This document shows positions 10,761 through 21,165 of a stretch of DNA of 64,000 bases, in pieces (the first letter of the stretch is position 1; each line of letters starts with the position of its first letter). The notes below the pieces were generated by a model. The model had not been told where the DNA came from. It saw only the letters and a list, made by a program, of their open reading frames with translations, and made no database searches. The position numbers and the translations under genes were made by a program. This DNA comes from Dehalococcoidia bacterium (GTDB lineage Bacteria > Chloroflexota > Dehalococcoidia > SM23-28-2 > RBG-16-64-32). Location of the stretch: contig CAXXTF010000001.1 in assembly GCA_963665775.2 (NCBI GenBank), forward strand, positions 640,001 through 704,000. The letters are read 5' to 3'.

Positions 10761-11011
10761 AGTTTCCACCGGGTTGCTGTCAGCGTTGCGGTCAATCCAG
10801 GCCGAGTCAGCGCGTCAGGCCGGCGGACTGCACACCGCCCGGCTAATGAAAAACCGTGAAGGCGGCGCCGGGGCTCGGCTCATCATTCCGCCCGCTATCT
10901 AAAACGCGGAACTGGAAATAGAATTGAGGAAGGTGAGGTGGGCGGAGATATCCGATCTGCATCCACAGATGGAGAGCCACAGGACCGCCGTTAGCTGGAA
11001 TGGGGGATCCT

Positions 11012-11821
11012 ATGTCCGGACCGCTGAAGCTCATGGGCATATTTGCGCACCCGGACGATGAGTCGCTGGGCAATGGTGGCACCTTCGCGAAGTGCGCGGC
11101 GGAGGGCGTGGAGACATACCTGGTCACGGCAACGCGGGGGGAGCGCGGCTGGTTCGGTGAGGAGGACCAGTACCCGGGACTCGATAGGCTGGGACGGATT
11201 CGCGAGGAGGAGTTACAGGCGGCGGCCGGAGTGCTCGGCTTCAAGGAGGTGCGCTTCCTGGACTACCGTGACGGCGAGCTGGACCAGGCGAATCCAGCGG
11301 AGGCCATCGAGAAGATTGTGGAGCATTTGCGGCGGGTGCGGCCCCAAGTCGCCCTGACTTTTGATCCCAACGGGGCTTACGGCCACCCTGACCACATCGC
11401 GATATGCCAGTTCGCCACGGCCGCCGTCGTGGCCGCAGCCGATCCCGGGTTTGCTCCGGCCCAGGGGTACCCGCCCCACCGTGTGTCGAAGCTCTACTAC
11501 ATGGCCTGGACGGAGAAGACGTTCGCGGCCTATCAGGCCGCGTTCGGTGACCTGGTGATGCACATCGATGGCGACGAGCGGCGAACCCGCGGCTGGGCGG
11601 ACTGGGCGATCACCACCCGCATCGACACCGCCGCCTACTGGCCCCGCGTTTGGGAGGCGGTCTCCTGCCACAGGACGCAGCTGCCCGGCTACCAGGCGCT
11701 GAAGGAACTACCGGAGGATCACCATAAGAACCTCTGGGGCAGCCAGACCTTCTACCGAGCCTTCAGTCTGGTCAACGGCGGACGAACGCTGGAGCAAGAC
11801 CTTTTCGAGGGGCTGCGCTGA
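11012..11821 (+). CDS. PIG-L family deacetylase (MshB/BshB-like)
   Basis: FAHPDDE, ATRGE, YGHPDH, CHRTQ motifs. Confidence 0.92.
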   Translation: MSGPLKLMGIFAHPDDESLGNGGTFAKCAAEGVETYLVTATRGERGWFGEEDQYPGLDRLGRIREEELQAAAGVLGFKEVRFLDYRDGELDQANPAEAIEKIVEHLRRVRPQVALTFDPNGAYGHPDHIAICQFATAAVVAAADPGFAPAQGYPPHRVSKLYYMAWTEKTFAAYQAAFGDLVMHIDGDERRTRGWADWAITTRIDTAAYWPRVWEAVSCHRTQLPGYQALKELPEDHHKNLWGSQTFYRAFSLVNGGRTLEQDLFEGLR

Positions 11822-12026
11822 CATGCTCGTAGGGCCGGCCAGGATCTGGGGCCCGAGTCAGACCCGGGTCAGGGCCTGGCGGGGTCCACCTGGCATCGCT
11901 GGATCCGGAGCCCGATCGAGGCGGGGTATCACTACCCTGGCCGCCGGCTTTGCGGAAGGGTATCTGGACGCCCACTAGTTCATCGATCTCGGAGCCGCAT
12001 CTTGCACGTTGGGGGAGGGCACCCAT

Positions 12027-12233
12027 ATGAGTGACTCAGTGGATCGGTCTGAGCTACCTCGCCTGGACTTCGACTGGCCTCCGGAGATGTGGCAAGACGT
12101 GGGCGGCCGCCTCCTGGAAATGGCCGCGTCCGCCGCCACGGGTTGGAACGAACGTCGGCCCTCGCCGGCGGAAGAGGTGGGGGTCCGCGCTCATTTCCGC
12201 GACCCCCTGCCGGAGCGTCCGGTGGCCGTCGAT
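12027..12233 (+). pseudogene. N-terminal fragment of PLP-dependent group II decarboxylase
   Basis: DFDWPPEMWQDVGGRLLE...HFRDPLPERP; fused in frame to a transposase tail. Confidence 0.65.
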
Positions 12234-12351
12234 CATCTGCCCGCATACCTCGACGAGATGGCATTCCGGTTCAACAACAGACACAACCCATTCCTGTTCC
12301 GCGACACGCTGAAAAAGCTCATCGAAGCCGCCACTTTACCCTACCAAGACC

Positions 12352-12741
12352 TTACTGCCTAGACTCCCTGCGGATGGTGTCCAACTCCGACCTACGCATC
12401 CTCCACGTTATACAGGCTAGTAGGAAGGCAACGAGCGATATCAGACAGATTATGGGAGCCGCGACATATGCCAGCACCTTGCTTGTATCTGTGAGAGTGT
12501 CCTCTATGAGGACGCCAATCCAAATGCTTAATGCAGCGGCCAGCAAGAAGGAGCCAAGCGAAGAAAACGTAACTATAAGCGTATTCAGAAAAGAGATGGC
12601 GCGTAACTCATGGTCGGTAACAGCGTAATGCATTACGTCTCGCGTTGCGTAAATTGGGTTGACGACTGCACCCTGAGTATCCCCCGCTCGCCCAGGGGAG
12701 ACCCCGACCGGCTTATCTTGGTTAGGCGGTTGACTAGCCAT
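12352..12741 (-). CDS. Hypothetical 2-TM membrane protein (IS passenger)
   Basis: Two hydrophobic segments followed by a basic C-tail; 4 nt downstream of Zn-ribbon gene. Confidence 0.65.
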   Translation of the reverse strand: MASQPPNQDKPVGVSPGRAGDTQGAVVNPIYATRDVMHYAVTDHELRAISFLNTLIVTFSSLGSFLLAAALSIWIGVLIEDTLTDTSKVLAYVAAPIICLISLVAFLLACITWRMRRSELDTIRRESRQ

Positions 12742-12745
12742 AGCC

Positions 12746-13033
12746 CTACTCTTTGGGCAAATCCATCGCTGTTAGGTCGTCCAGAGAGAATTCGAGTGTC
12801 AGTAGGTTGATGAGGTGAGTATTGCCGCAGTTGTTGCAGGAAAGTGCGGCAAGGGGCAGTATCCTCCCCCCAAGTTGTACCTGTTTGGGGGAGTCGCTGA
12901 CTGACAGAGGAACGTAAAAACCTAAATTCCAAGAATTCTGCTTGCACAAAGGGCAGACAAAGCCCTCCCCCCCTACCCTGCTTCGATAGACATCTATAAT
13001 GCGCTGAAGGACCTCGTCGCGGGTTGCCATCAA
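12746..13033 (-). CDS. Hypothetical Zn-ribbon protein (IS passenger)
   Basis: CPLC ... CNNCG pairs. Confidence 0.7.
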   Translation of the reverse strand: MMATRDEVLQRIIDVYRSRVGGEGFVCPLCKQNSWNLGFYVPLSVSDSPKQVQLGGRILPLAALSCNNCGNTHLINLLTLEFSLDDLTAMDLPKE

Positions 13034-13044
13034 TGGAAGTATAC

Positions 13045-13371
13045 ATCTGCACTCTGGCCGCCTACCTGGAGGAGTTGGTGCAGAGCACGCCAGGATTGGT
13101 GCTCGCCGCCCCGCGCCAGCTGTCTATCGTCTGCTGGCGCGTCGAACCGCCCGGCGTCACAGACCCTGCCGAACTCGAACAGCTCCAGACGGAGATCATC
13201 CGTCAGCTAGAGGCCCGCGGGATAGCGATGGTCTCTAACGCACGGCTTTCCGACGGACGCGGTGCTATACGCGCCTGCATCGTCAATTTTCGGACCGCCC
13301 CGGAAGATGTCGAAGCCGTAGTGCAGGCGAGCGCCGCCATCGGGCAGGAGCTTGCCGACTCCGGGTCTTGA
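13045..13371 (+). pseudogene. C-terminal fragment of PLP-dependent group II decarboxylase
   Basis: LAAYLEELV...LSIVCWR...AIRACIVNFRTAPEDV. Confidence 0.8.
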
Positions 13372-13372
13372 C

Positions 13373-13440
13373 TGCGGGGTGCTAAAACCCCATCCGCGGC
13401 GGTCAGGCTGCATCTCGCCGGAGATCGGGTGAGTCCCGAG
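13373..13440 (-). mobile_element. Right end and transposase tail of IS3/IS481-like element
   Basis: TGCGGGGTGCTAAAACCCCATCCGC terminal motif; minus strand ...RRDAA*. Confidence 0.55.
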
Positions 13441-13607
13441 CCGCGTGAGGATCCCCCTCGCAGGTGGGGCAGCGACACGGCCACTTGCCCCATCGCTCCT
13501 CGAATCAGTTCGATGTAGTCGCGGGGCATCGCCTAATCGGCCTCTGAAAGCCTCAGACCTGGGCCGGTTCCCGCACGATGCTAGGGGCCAGAATTGCCGA
13601 TCCTGTA

Positions 13608-14735
13608 CTAACTTTCCCTTACCGCGAGACTGGCCACCTGGATTGACTCCAGAATTTCCCTATAAGACTGAACCAGGCTCGTCTCGCTATAGGCTACGGA
13701 TCGCTCCTCGCAGAAGCGCCTGATGATGGGCTGCGCTTCTCTTAGCTTGTTTCGTGGCATGTTTGGGAACAGGTGATGCTCGATCTGGAAGTTGAGACCG
13801 CCATACCAGAAGTCGATAAGAGGGTGGGATTTCACGTCTCGGCTGGTGAGCACCTGTTGGCGCAAGAAGTCAAAATCGTTGCCCTCTTCCCACATAGGCA
13901 TGCCTTTGTGATTTGAGGCGGTCACAGAGGCGTAGTACAGGCCGAACAACCCTTGATGGATCACGATAAACAGCACCGCCTGCCACACGCCCAGCAAGTA
14001 GAATGACAGGCCAAAGTACAACAGGAAGTGGACGGCAACCAGGAGTATTTCTGCTGGAGGGCGCCTTCGCCCCGGCGGGAGGGTCGGTACCTTGCCGACA
14101 TGGCCGCCTTTCGCCCAAAGCAGGAATTGCACTGTATATAACCGCAGAGCAACCGGGTAAAGGGCTAACGAGGGCACCAGGAAGACCTGGTATTTCATTA
14201 AGAACCGTTGAAAGCCCTGCCTCCTGCGGGCCCCCTCTGCCGAAAAGCCGAGGAACCCGAGCTCAGCATCGGGGTCCGCGTCCAGCTCATTGGAACGAGC
14301 GTGATGTCGGTGGTGCCTACCCATCCACCAGCTCTTGCTGACTCCGAGCAGAAGATTCCAAGATACTAACGCGATGAGGTTGTTGTTGCGGACAGAGCTG
14401 GCAATTTGCCGATGGGCGGAATCGTGGCCAATGAAAGCAATCTGCTGGAAGATGAAGGCCAGAAATACGGCGTTCAAGAGCTGTATCCACAGGGTGTCTA
14501 TGAGCACGAACAAGGTAACGCTTAGAGCGAGCAGAGCGAAGGTGAGTAGAATTTTGAAGGTGTAGTAAGCGGGCTGCCTATCCAGCAACCCTTTCTGCTT
14601 GATGAGTTGCTTTAGCTCAACGTAGGCATTCCCCTGAAGGCCCGTTGCCCGTGTCGAAGAATACGGTGGAGCCGGAGGGGTGCCCCGCACGTCAAGTCCA
14701 GGACGATCGCTCAGCTCTTGTCCGATATTTCTCAT
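13608..14735 (-). CDS. Membrane fatty acid desaturase (front-end type His boxes, no cytochrome b5 domain)
   Basis: HDSAH, HHRHH, QIEHH boxes. Confidence 0.93.
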   Translation of the reverse strand: MRNIGQELSDRPGLDVRGTPPAPPYSSTRATGLQGNAYVELKQLIKQKGLLDRQPAYYTFKILLTFALLALSVTLFVLIDTLWIQLLNAVFLAFIFQQIAFIGHDSAHRQIASSVRNNNLIALVSWNLLLGVSKSWWMGRHHRHHARSNELDADPDAELGFLGFSAEGARRRQGFQRFLMKYQVFLVPSLALYPVALRLYTVQFLLWAKGGHVGKVPTLPPGRRRPPAEILLVAVHFLLYFGLSFYLLGVWQAVLFIVIHQGLFGLYYASVTASNHKGMPMWEEGNDFDFLRQQVLTSRDVKSHPLIDFWYGGLNFQIEHHLFPNMPRNKLREAQPIIRRFCEERSVAYSETSLVQSYREILESIQVASLAVRES

Positions 14736-14915
14736 ACTAACCCCCTAACCCCTTGCGCGGATGGCCTACCTGCAAAATGGCACGACCTGATGTCCACCTA
14801 CTTAACAAGACAAATAGCCGCCTACGCACCTGCCCGGTCGATCTTCAAGCTTATGGCGACGTTTGGCAACGGCTCTATGGTAGTAGCCACAGGATACCAC
14901 GTACGCCTGATTGCC

Positions 14916-15270
14916 TGTGGGGGCTCAAACTATATCCGCCTCTCTCAGGCAGCTTCCCGTTCATATTCGTGGTGCAATCCAGCCAGCACCGGGCGGACGA
15001 TAAGGCGGCCGGGACGTCGTGCTGCGATCCGGATAGGCGGACCGTTTGGCGGTACCAATGCGAGTGCCATCGCGCACCTCCTCGCGGATCGCTTCCCGGA
15101 CGTAGGGACCGTGATTGTAGAAGAACGTTCCTCAACCCTGTGTCGGCAGTGGTCACGCGATGGCCGCCCGGTACCGGCGCACCGTCGAGTTGCTCACCCT
15201 GAAGCCCAGAGCCCGTAACGCCAAGACTATATCGGCGCCGTGGGCGGCGAACATCCGGCAGGGCATCTCC
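14916..15270 (-). mobile_element. Decayed integrase-core (IS3/IS481-like) transposase with right end
   Basis: LGFRVSNSTVRRYR and RPVLAGLHHEYEREAA* fragments; end motif TGTGGGGGCTCAAACTATATCCGC. Confidence 0.7.
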
Positions 15271-15503
15271 ATAGGCCACTCGCCTGACGGCGAGCCAACG
15301 GTCCTTACGCCGAGGAGCGGCCCCAAGGTTTCAGAAATGGGATCAACTACTTGTGTCCGACTGCATGATCTTCTTCAGATGAACATGGATCGCCGGGCGT
15401 TGTGTGCCTTGATAGCGCATTCGCTAACGGACGAGGAGAGCGGCTGCCTGTGAACGATCTGGCATTATCGGCCCATCCTGATGGTGTGCCCGACAGCATA
15501 CCG

Positions 15504-16016
15504 TTAGAGGCCGGAGGCTTTGTAGCGCTGGGACAGATCTCTGTATCCAAGACCGCCGGAGGAATTCCGCTTTAGGCGTTCCTTTTGTTGGGGCGAGAGC
15601 TCCCTGATCTCGGCTGGCACACCCATGGCCATTGATCCTGTCGGGACCTTTGTTCCGGGCGGTATCAGGCTATGGGCAGCGACGATACAGAAGTCGTCTA
15701 TTTCTGCACCTTCCAGGAGGGTAGCATTGTTCCCAATGAGGCAATTGTTGCCGATTCGGCCGCAGTGGACAATAACGCCGTGGCCGATAACGTTGTCGTC
15801 GCCGATAATCATGGGCCCGCCCGAATGGAGCACACAATTATCCTCGACGTGGGTGTTAGCGCCTACAGAAATGGTGGAGAAATCTGCTCGGAGGACCGCA
15901 CCGGGCCAAACGCTGGAATTCTCGCCCACCTTAACGGCGCCGACGACGTAGGCCGCTTGGCTGACCCAGGCGCTATCATCGATTTGGGGCGTCTTGTCCT
16001 CAAAGCTAACGATCAC
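15504..16016 (-). CDS. Gamma-carbonic anhydrase family protein (second paralogue)
   Basis: VWPGAVLRAD...HVEDNCVLH...IGHGVIVH. Confidence 0.9.
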   Translation of the reverse strand: MIVSFEDKTPQIDDSAWVSQAAYVVGAVKVGENSSVWPGAVLRADFSTISVGANTHVEDNCVLHSGGPMIIGDDNVIGHGVIVHCGRIGNNCLIGNNATLLEGAEIDDFCIVAAHSLIPPGTKVPTGSMAMGVPAEIRELSPQQKERLKRNSSGGLGYRDLSQRYKASGL

Positions 16017-16318
16017 GGTCGGCCCTCCTGAAAACGTAGCCTTCTGAATCTGACGGTTCTGATACTAGTCGACCTACCCTGTCATCCTTAAACGTTAACG
16101 CCAGCGAGCATAGCTGCCGTACCCTCTCTTGTCAACGCCCGTCACCTCCAAGACTGCCGCCAAACTGTCCTCCACTGTAGTCCCTGACCAGAAACAAAGA
16201 TCGCCCCAAGCAAAGAATTCAAGAGGAACATCGCCTTACACTCTCCCATCAATGCTGACGGGAATCAGTCCAGGAGGTATCCTTAAGCAAAGACCCTAGG
16301 AAGCGAGTGGTTTAGCCC

Positions 16319-17791
16319 ATGACGCTCAAGCTCCCGGAACGGCCACCTTTGGTCCCTGTCATCCTCCAGCCTCGCAGCACTGACGAATACAGACCTCGGC
16401 CGTACAGCCTCCCGGATCTGGCTGCGGTTAGGAGCTTGAAGGTCAGCGTGCCCGATTCGGCACACCGTGTGAACATGTCAACTGCGGACTATTCGTCCGG
16501 CCGATTCGGCACCGCCACGGCTCTACGAACGATCAACGAGCAATGGGGCTACGATTTCTATAATGTGCCGCGCGAGGCTATGCTCGATACGGCAGCCGCT
16601 GATGCGGCCCTCGGGGGCGATCAACTGGTGATCGATGTCCAGACGCATTACGTAGCCGACCGCCCAGCAATTACCGACTTCACGAAACGGGTGCTCCAGT
16701 CATATCGGGCCCTAATGCCGGAAGGTTTCAAGGGACTCGATGGTATGTCGGCCTATTCCCTGGCTGAGTATCTGAGGTGCGTCTTCTTGGAAAGCGAGAC
16801 GGCGGTGGCCGTACTAACGTCGCCACCTGGTATTCATGAAGATAGGCCCCTGACCAATGGAGAGATGGCCGGCACACGCGAGTTATTCGAGAGATTTGGC
16901 GGAAATGGGCGTCTCCTAAATCACTGCGTGGTTCATCCCAATGTGCCGAGCGAACTGTGGCGTCTTGACCGTTGGCAGGAGATGTACAAGCCTCGAGGTT
17001 GGAAAGTTTACACCCCCGGCGTCTTGGGAAGCAGCGGCTGGGTTGATGGGTCCGGCTGGATGCTCGATGACGAAGACTCAGGGGTGCCGTTCTTGGAGCG
17101 CACCCGCGAGGTGGGAGTCAACATAGTATGTGCGCACAAAGGACTCAGTGGCGGATCTCCCTTGGGCTCTCCACGGGATGTGGGTCCGGTCGCCGCCTAC
17201 TTCACCGACATCGATTTCCTGATCTACCACTCCGGATACGAACATCCTGATGCCGCCGGCGAGGCTGAGGGGCCTTACGATCCGATATCGGGCCATGTTA
17301 TTGATCCATGGGGTGAAGAGGGCCAGGAGGGACCCTATTCGGACGACGTCGCTGACGTCGGCACGAACCGCCTGATAAAGAGCCTTAAGGATTCGAAGGT
17401 GCCTCCCGGCGCCAACGTTTACGCGGAGCTCGGCTCAACCTGGTTTTCTTTGATCAGGCGTCCCCGAGAGGCGGCCCACGTTCTCGGGAAGCTCCTCCTG
17501 GCGGTCGGCGAGGAGAACGTCCTCTGGGGCACCGACTCCATCTGGTACGGACCGACGCAGCCGATCGTCGACGCTTTCCGCGCCTTCCAGATCCCAGAGG
17601 AGTACCGGCAACGATACGGTTATCCCGAGCTCACGCCGGCGGTTAAGGAGAAGATCCTAGGATTGAACGCCGCTCGCGTTTATAGCATCGATCTTGAGGC
17701 GACACGAAGCGCTGTGAAGAATGATGACCTTGGATGGGCCAAAGCTGCGCTCGAAGAATATCAAGTCAAAGGCGTCCCAACGGTAGCATAG
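16319..17791 (+). CDS. Amidohydrolase family protein
   Basis: IDVQTH, GWKVY, CAHKG, IYHSG, VYAELGSTW, LWGTDSIWYG. Confidence 0.88.
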   Translation: MTLKLPERPPLVPVILQPRSTDEYRPRPYSLPDLAAVRSLKVSVPDSAHRVNMSTADYSSGRFGTATALRTINEQWGYDFYNVPREAMLDTAAADAALGGDQLVIDVQTHYVADRPAITDFTKRVLQSYRALMPEGFKGLDGMSAYSLAEYLRCVFLESETAVAVLTSPPGIHEDRPLTNGEMAGTRELFERFGGNGRLLNHCVVHPNVPSELWRLDRWQEMYKPRGWKVYTPGVLGSSGWVDGSGWMLDDEDSGVPFLERTREVGVNIVCAHKGLSGGSPLGSPRDVGPVAAYFTDIDFLIYHSGYEHPDAAGEAEGPYDPISGHVIDPWGEEGQEGPYSDDVADVGTNRLIKSLKDSKVPPGANVYAELGSTWFSLIRRPREAAHVLGKLLLAVGEENVLWGTDSIWYGPTQPIVDAFRAFQIPEEYRQRYGYPELTPAVKEKILGLNAARVYSIDLEATRSAVKNDDLGWAKAALEEYQVKGVPTVA

Positions 17792-18073
17792 CCTCGGGTA
17801 GACCGGCGGCACTCCTCTTCAGGGGCGTGCTGCACCGTAGCGTGATATCCCATACTCCAATTCTATCTAATCACGCCATGACCTGTCTCACATGTCCTGA
17901 CACAGCACGCCGGTGGCGATTATCGGCTTGACACACCTCTTAGGATACAGGCACGACGCCGAGAATTTTCTCGCAGCTGTCGTTGGAGCAATAGACTACA
18001 ATGACAGATATGCCACTCGCCCCGGTCAATCCTTTTTTGCTTCCCACAGCAGCGGCTCTCTGTTACCAACCCC

Positions 18074-18982
18074 TTAGCCGCTCTTCCCCGCCCTTCGACG
18101 TGCCAGGACCCGCCGGATGAGGCTGGCCAGGCCCACCTGGTCGCGGCGGTAGGCCCGCGACTCCAAGACTTGCCCAACCTCCACACTTGGTTGCTCGCTT
18201 CGGTTGCGCCGACGCATCTTTGCGGAGTCTACAGTGGCCACCCTCATGAGGTGTGCCGCCGTAGCGTCTCGAATCCGGGCGGTACGCATCATATCCCTAA
18301 TGTAGTGCTTACCCCGGTACCTCGGGTGCGTCAGGGATCGGCCAGCGAGCATCACGCCATATGTTGGGGATATCGCTTCGTTGGAAGTGATCGCTATCAG
18401 GCGTCCGTCCTCGAAGAATCCATACCAAAGGCCACGGTCGATCAGCTTACGCCGATAATGCCCTAGCGAGCCACCACACGCACGGAATAGGCGGTTGATC
18501 TCCCTGATATCGGCCCCTGTAAGCCGCCTGACGGGAGGCTCAACTGTTCCCTGATCAACACGATCGTCCCGTAGGAGTAATTTGGCGGAGTGCTCTACCA
18601 ATCGGAAATGTCTCTTGAGGACAGGCCCATGCTCGACCTGAGCCCACAACCAGGAAACGTAGCGCGGGCCTGGGTGTAGGGAGAGTAGGACGGCTAGCGC
18701 ATCCGGTTCGCCCATGCAGAAGAGGTCCGCCCCGTAGCCGTATAGACTGCTCCTCAGGCTGCCGGTGCCGCTCATCACCAGCGCTTCGCGATCCTCGCCA
18801 TCCGCCACGTACCAGCGCGTGTGCGGGAACCGCTCAGGCTCTAGCTGGCAGAGGGCGTAGGCGCAGAACACCCGGTCCTTCTCCAGCCGAGGCAGGACTT
18901 GCGACACCTCGGTGAGACGCCGGATGCGGTAGGTGACGCTGTCCCTGGTCACTACTTCAACAGGCGGCGGGGCGTTCTCCAT
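18074..18982 (-). CDS. GNAT-like acetyltransferase
   Basis: VRRLTGAD...WYGFFEDGRLIA...THPRYRGKHY motif A. Confidence 0.6.
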   Translation of the reverse strand: MENAPPPVEVVTRDSVTYRIRRLTEVSQVLPRLEKDRVFCAYALCQLEPERFPHTRWYVADGEDREALVMSGTGSLRSSLYGYGADLFCMGEPDALAVLLSLHPGPRYVSWLWAQVEHGPVLKRHFRLVEHSAKLLLRDDRVDQGTVEPPVRRLTGADIREINRLFRACGGSLGHYRRKLIDRGLWYGFFEDGRLIAITSNEAISPTYGVMLAGRSLTHPRYRGKHYIRDMMRTARIRDATAAHLMRVATVDSAKMRRRNRSEQPSVEVGQVLESRAYRRDQVGLASLIRRVLARRRAGKSG

Positions 18983-19192
18983 GCCGTCGATTGTACCCTA
19001 GTCGCTCGCTTCAGATCACGATCCTAGATCGTGGCCTCGCCGCCCTCGGGCCCGCCGCGCCGACCACGAACGCCAGGGGCAGAGGCGGGCGCCATCGCCG
19101 GCTGTTCGCGGCTATCGTCCTGTTGCCGGCCGCGTACTCACGGTCGGTTGCGGAATGGCTACGACTCGTTCCCATCTTGGTGTCCCGACTAA

Positions 19193-20440
19193 TCACCCAG
19201 ACCGGAGCGCCTCTATCGGATCGAGGCGGGAGGCCTGGTAGGCAGGATAGATGCCGAAGAAGAGGCCGATCAGCACAGAGACGCCTAGGGCGACGAAGAT
19301 GCTCCAGGGGGCTACCACGGTGGTCACCGGGGTCCCCGTGCCGAATTCCCGTCCGTCGGCGAGCTCAGCGGCGGCGACGCCGGCCAGCACGCCGATCGCT
19401 CCGCCCAAGACCGTCACGATTATCGCTTCAATGATAAACTGCCTCAGAATGTCGCCGCTGTTGGCGCCCACTGCCTTCCGGATGCCGATCTCGCGCGTCC
19501 GCTCCGTCACAGACACGAGCATGATGTTCATGATGCCGATGCCGCCCACGATGAGCGAAATGCCAGCGATCGCTCCCAACAGGAGGGTCAGCGTTCGACT
19601 CACTTGCCTCGCTGTGGCTGTGAGGTCTTCCTGGGTTTCAACCGTGAAGTCCTCGACGAAGTCATGGCTTATGAGCAGGAGCTGCTGGATCTTTTCCTTA
19701 ATCCCATCAACCTTGTTGCCCTCCGTTACCTTGATGACGATCTGGCCGACGTTCGACTCGCCGGTAGGGCTGCGTGCAAACGGCACCCTCTCCTGGAAAG
19801 TGGTGAGAGGTATGAGGATCTGATTGTCATCCTCGCCGCTTCCGGACGCCCCCCGTTCCTCCATGACACCTACGACCGTGAGGTTCAGTGAGAAGGGCCC
19901 AAAGCTCAGGCGCACCCGCTGGCCGATCGCGCTTGCCGGTGTGTCGAATAGATCCGCGGCCACCTGCGATCCCAGTACGACATTGGTGGCGCTTCGGCGC
20001 GCGTCCTCGTCGTTAAGGAACCTGCCGGCCTCAAGATCCCAGCCACGCACGAATGTGAAGTCGGGCTCGGTGGCCGTCATGTTGGCCGAGGTATTTCGCC
20101 CGTTGCCAACGACCTGTGCATCCAGAGGCAGCGTGAATTGGGAGATGACGGCTTCGGTGTCAGGCAGGGTTTTAATCGCCTCCGCGTCGTCGGTGGTCAG
20201 CGTCAGGGCACCTATCCCAAACCGTCCAGCCTGCTCGGTTTCTCCCGGCTCCACAAAGATCAGGTTGCTACCCAGACCGCTGATCTCCCTGGTTACGCCC
20301 GACTGGGCGCCCTGTCCGGCAGCCATTAGGGCGATCACGGCGCCCACACCGATGACGATGTCCAGCATGGTGAGGCCAGTGCGGAGCTTGTTGGTGCTGA
20401 GCTCCACAAGGGCCGTCTGGATCGAGTCCATGATATTCAT
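19193..20440 (-). CDS. MacB-like ABC permease (FtsX family)
   Basis: NKLRTGLTML, IAGISLIVGGIGIMNIMLVSVTERTREIGIRKAVGA, LDPIEALR. Confidence 0.93.
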   Translation of the reverse strand: MNIMDSIQTALVELSTNKLRTGLTMLDIVIGVGAVIALMAAGQGAQSGVTREISGLGSNLIFVEPGETEQAGRFGIGALTLTTDDAEAIKTLPDTEAVISQFTLPLDAQVVGNGRNTSANMTATEPDFTFVRGWDLEAGRFLNDEDARRSATNVVLGSQVAADLFDTPASAIGQRVRLSFGPFSLNLTVVGVMEERGASGSGEDDNQILIPLTTFQERVPFARSPTGESNVGQIVIKVTEGNKVDGIKEKIQQLLLISHDFVEDFTVETQEDLTATARQVSRTLTLLLGAIAGISLIVGGIGIMNIMLVSVTERTREIGIRKAVGANSGDILRQFIIEAIIVTVLGGAIGVLAGVAAAELADGREFGTGTPVTTVVAPWSIFVALGVSVLIGLFFGIYPAYQASRLDPIEALRSG

Positions 20441-21165
20441 GCTGGTGCCGCCCTCGGTCGATCCGCAAGCGGCGGTATGGTGACAGTTGCACCGTCTGGA
20501 GGCCCGTCGGAGACCACCAGACCGTCACGCATCCGGATCACACGGCGCGTATAGTCCGCCACCTCCGGCTCGTGCGTCACCACCATAATCGTCATACCGC
20601 GCTCCGCGTTGAGGCGGACGAACATCTCCATCAGGTCCGCCGAGCTCTTCGTGTCCAGGGCGCCTGTGGGCTCGTCGGCGAGGATCAGGGCGGGGTTCGT
20701 CACCAGCGCCCGCGCTATGGCTACGCGTTGCTGCTCGCCGCCGGAGAGCTGGGTCGGCCGATGACGGGCACGGCTGGCCAGGCCTACCTCCCTCAGCTCC
20801 CGCATCGCCAGCTTCCGTCGGTTCGGCGAGCCTTTGTAGATGAGGGGAAGCTCTACCTGGGCAACCGCCGGCAGGCGATGAAGCAGGTTGAAGGATTGGA
20901 ACACGAATCCCACGCGTCGACTGCGCACCCGGGCCAATTGGCTATCGCTCATGCGGCGGATGTCGCGCCCCTCCAGTTCGTAGACGCCGCGGGAGGGACG
21001 GTCGAGACCGCCAAGGATGTTCATCAGAGTCGACTTGCCCGATCCGGACGCTCCCACGATGGCCAGGAACTCGCCGCGTTCGATCTCCAGGTCGATCCCG
21101 CGCAGGGCGGGCACGAGTATGTCGCCGGCGCGGTAGACCTTGGTTATGCCACGCAGACTGATCAC
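20437..21165 (-). CDS. MacB/LolD-like ABC ATP-binding protein
   Basis: GASGSGKST, LSGGEQQRV, ILADEPTGALD. Confidence 0.95.
   Translation of the reverse strand: MISLRGITKVYRAGDILVPALRGIDLEIERGEFLAIVGASGSGKSTLMNILGGLDRPSRGVYELEGRDIRRMSDSQLARVRSRRVGFVFQSFNLLHRLPAVAQVELPLIYKGSPNRRKLAMRELREVGLASRARHRPTQLSGGEQQRVAIARALVTNPALILADEPTGALDTKSSADLMEMFVRLNAERGMTIMVVTHEPEVADYTRRVIRMRDGLVVSDGPPDGATVTIPPLADRPRAAPA

Larger units (their letters stand above)
12234..13047 (+). mobile_element. IS1595-family remnant (transposase C-terminus 12234..12362 plus two passenger ORFs)
   Basis: HLPAYLDEMAFRFNNR is the IS1595 DDE C-terminal motif; lower-GC insert ends near GAAGTATACATC. Confidence 0.75.

Noticed and set aside
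17950-17985. Hairpin CGAC..CGAGAA-TT-TTCTCG..GTCG as ncRNA or riboswitch
   Set aside because: No recognisable family consensus; lies between convergent genes and may be a terminator or chance
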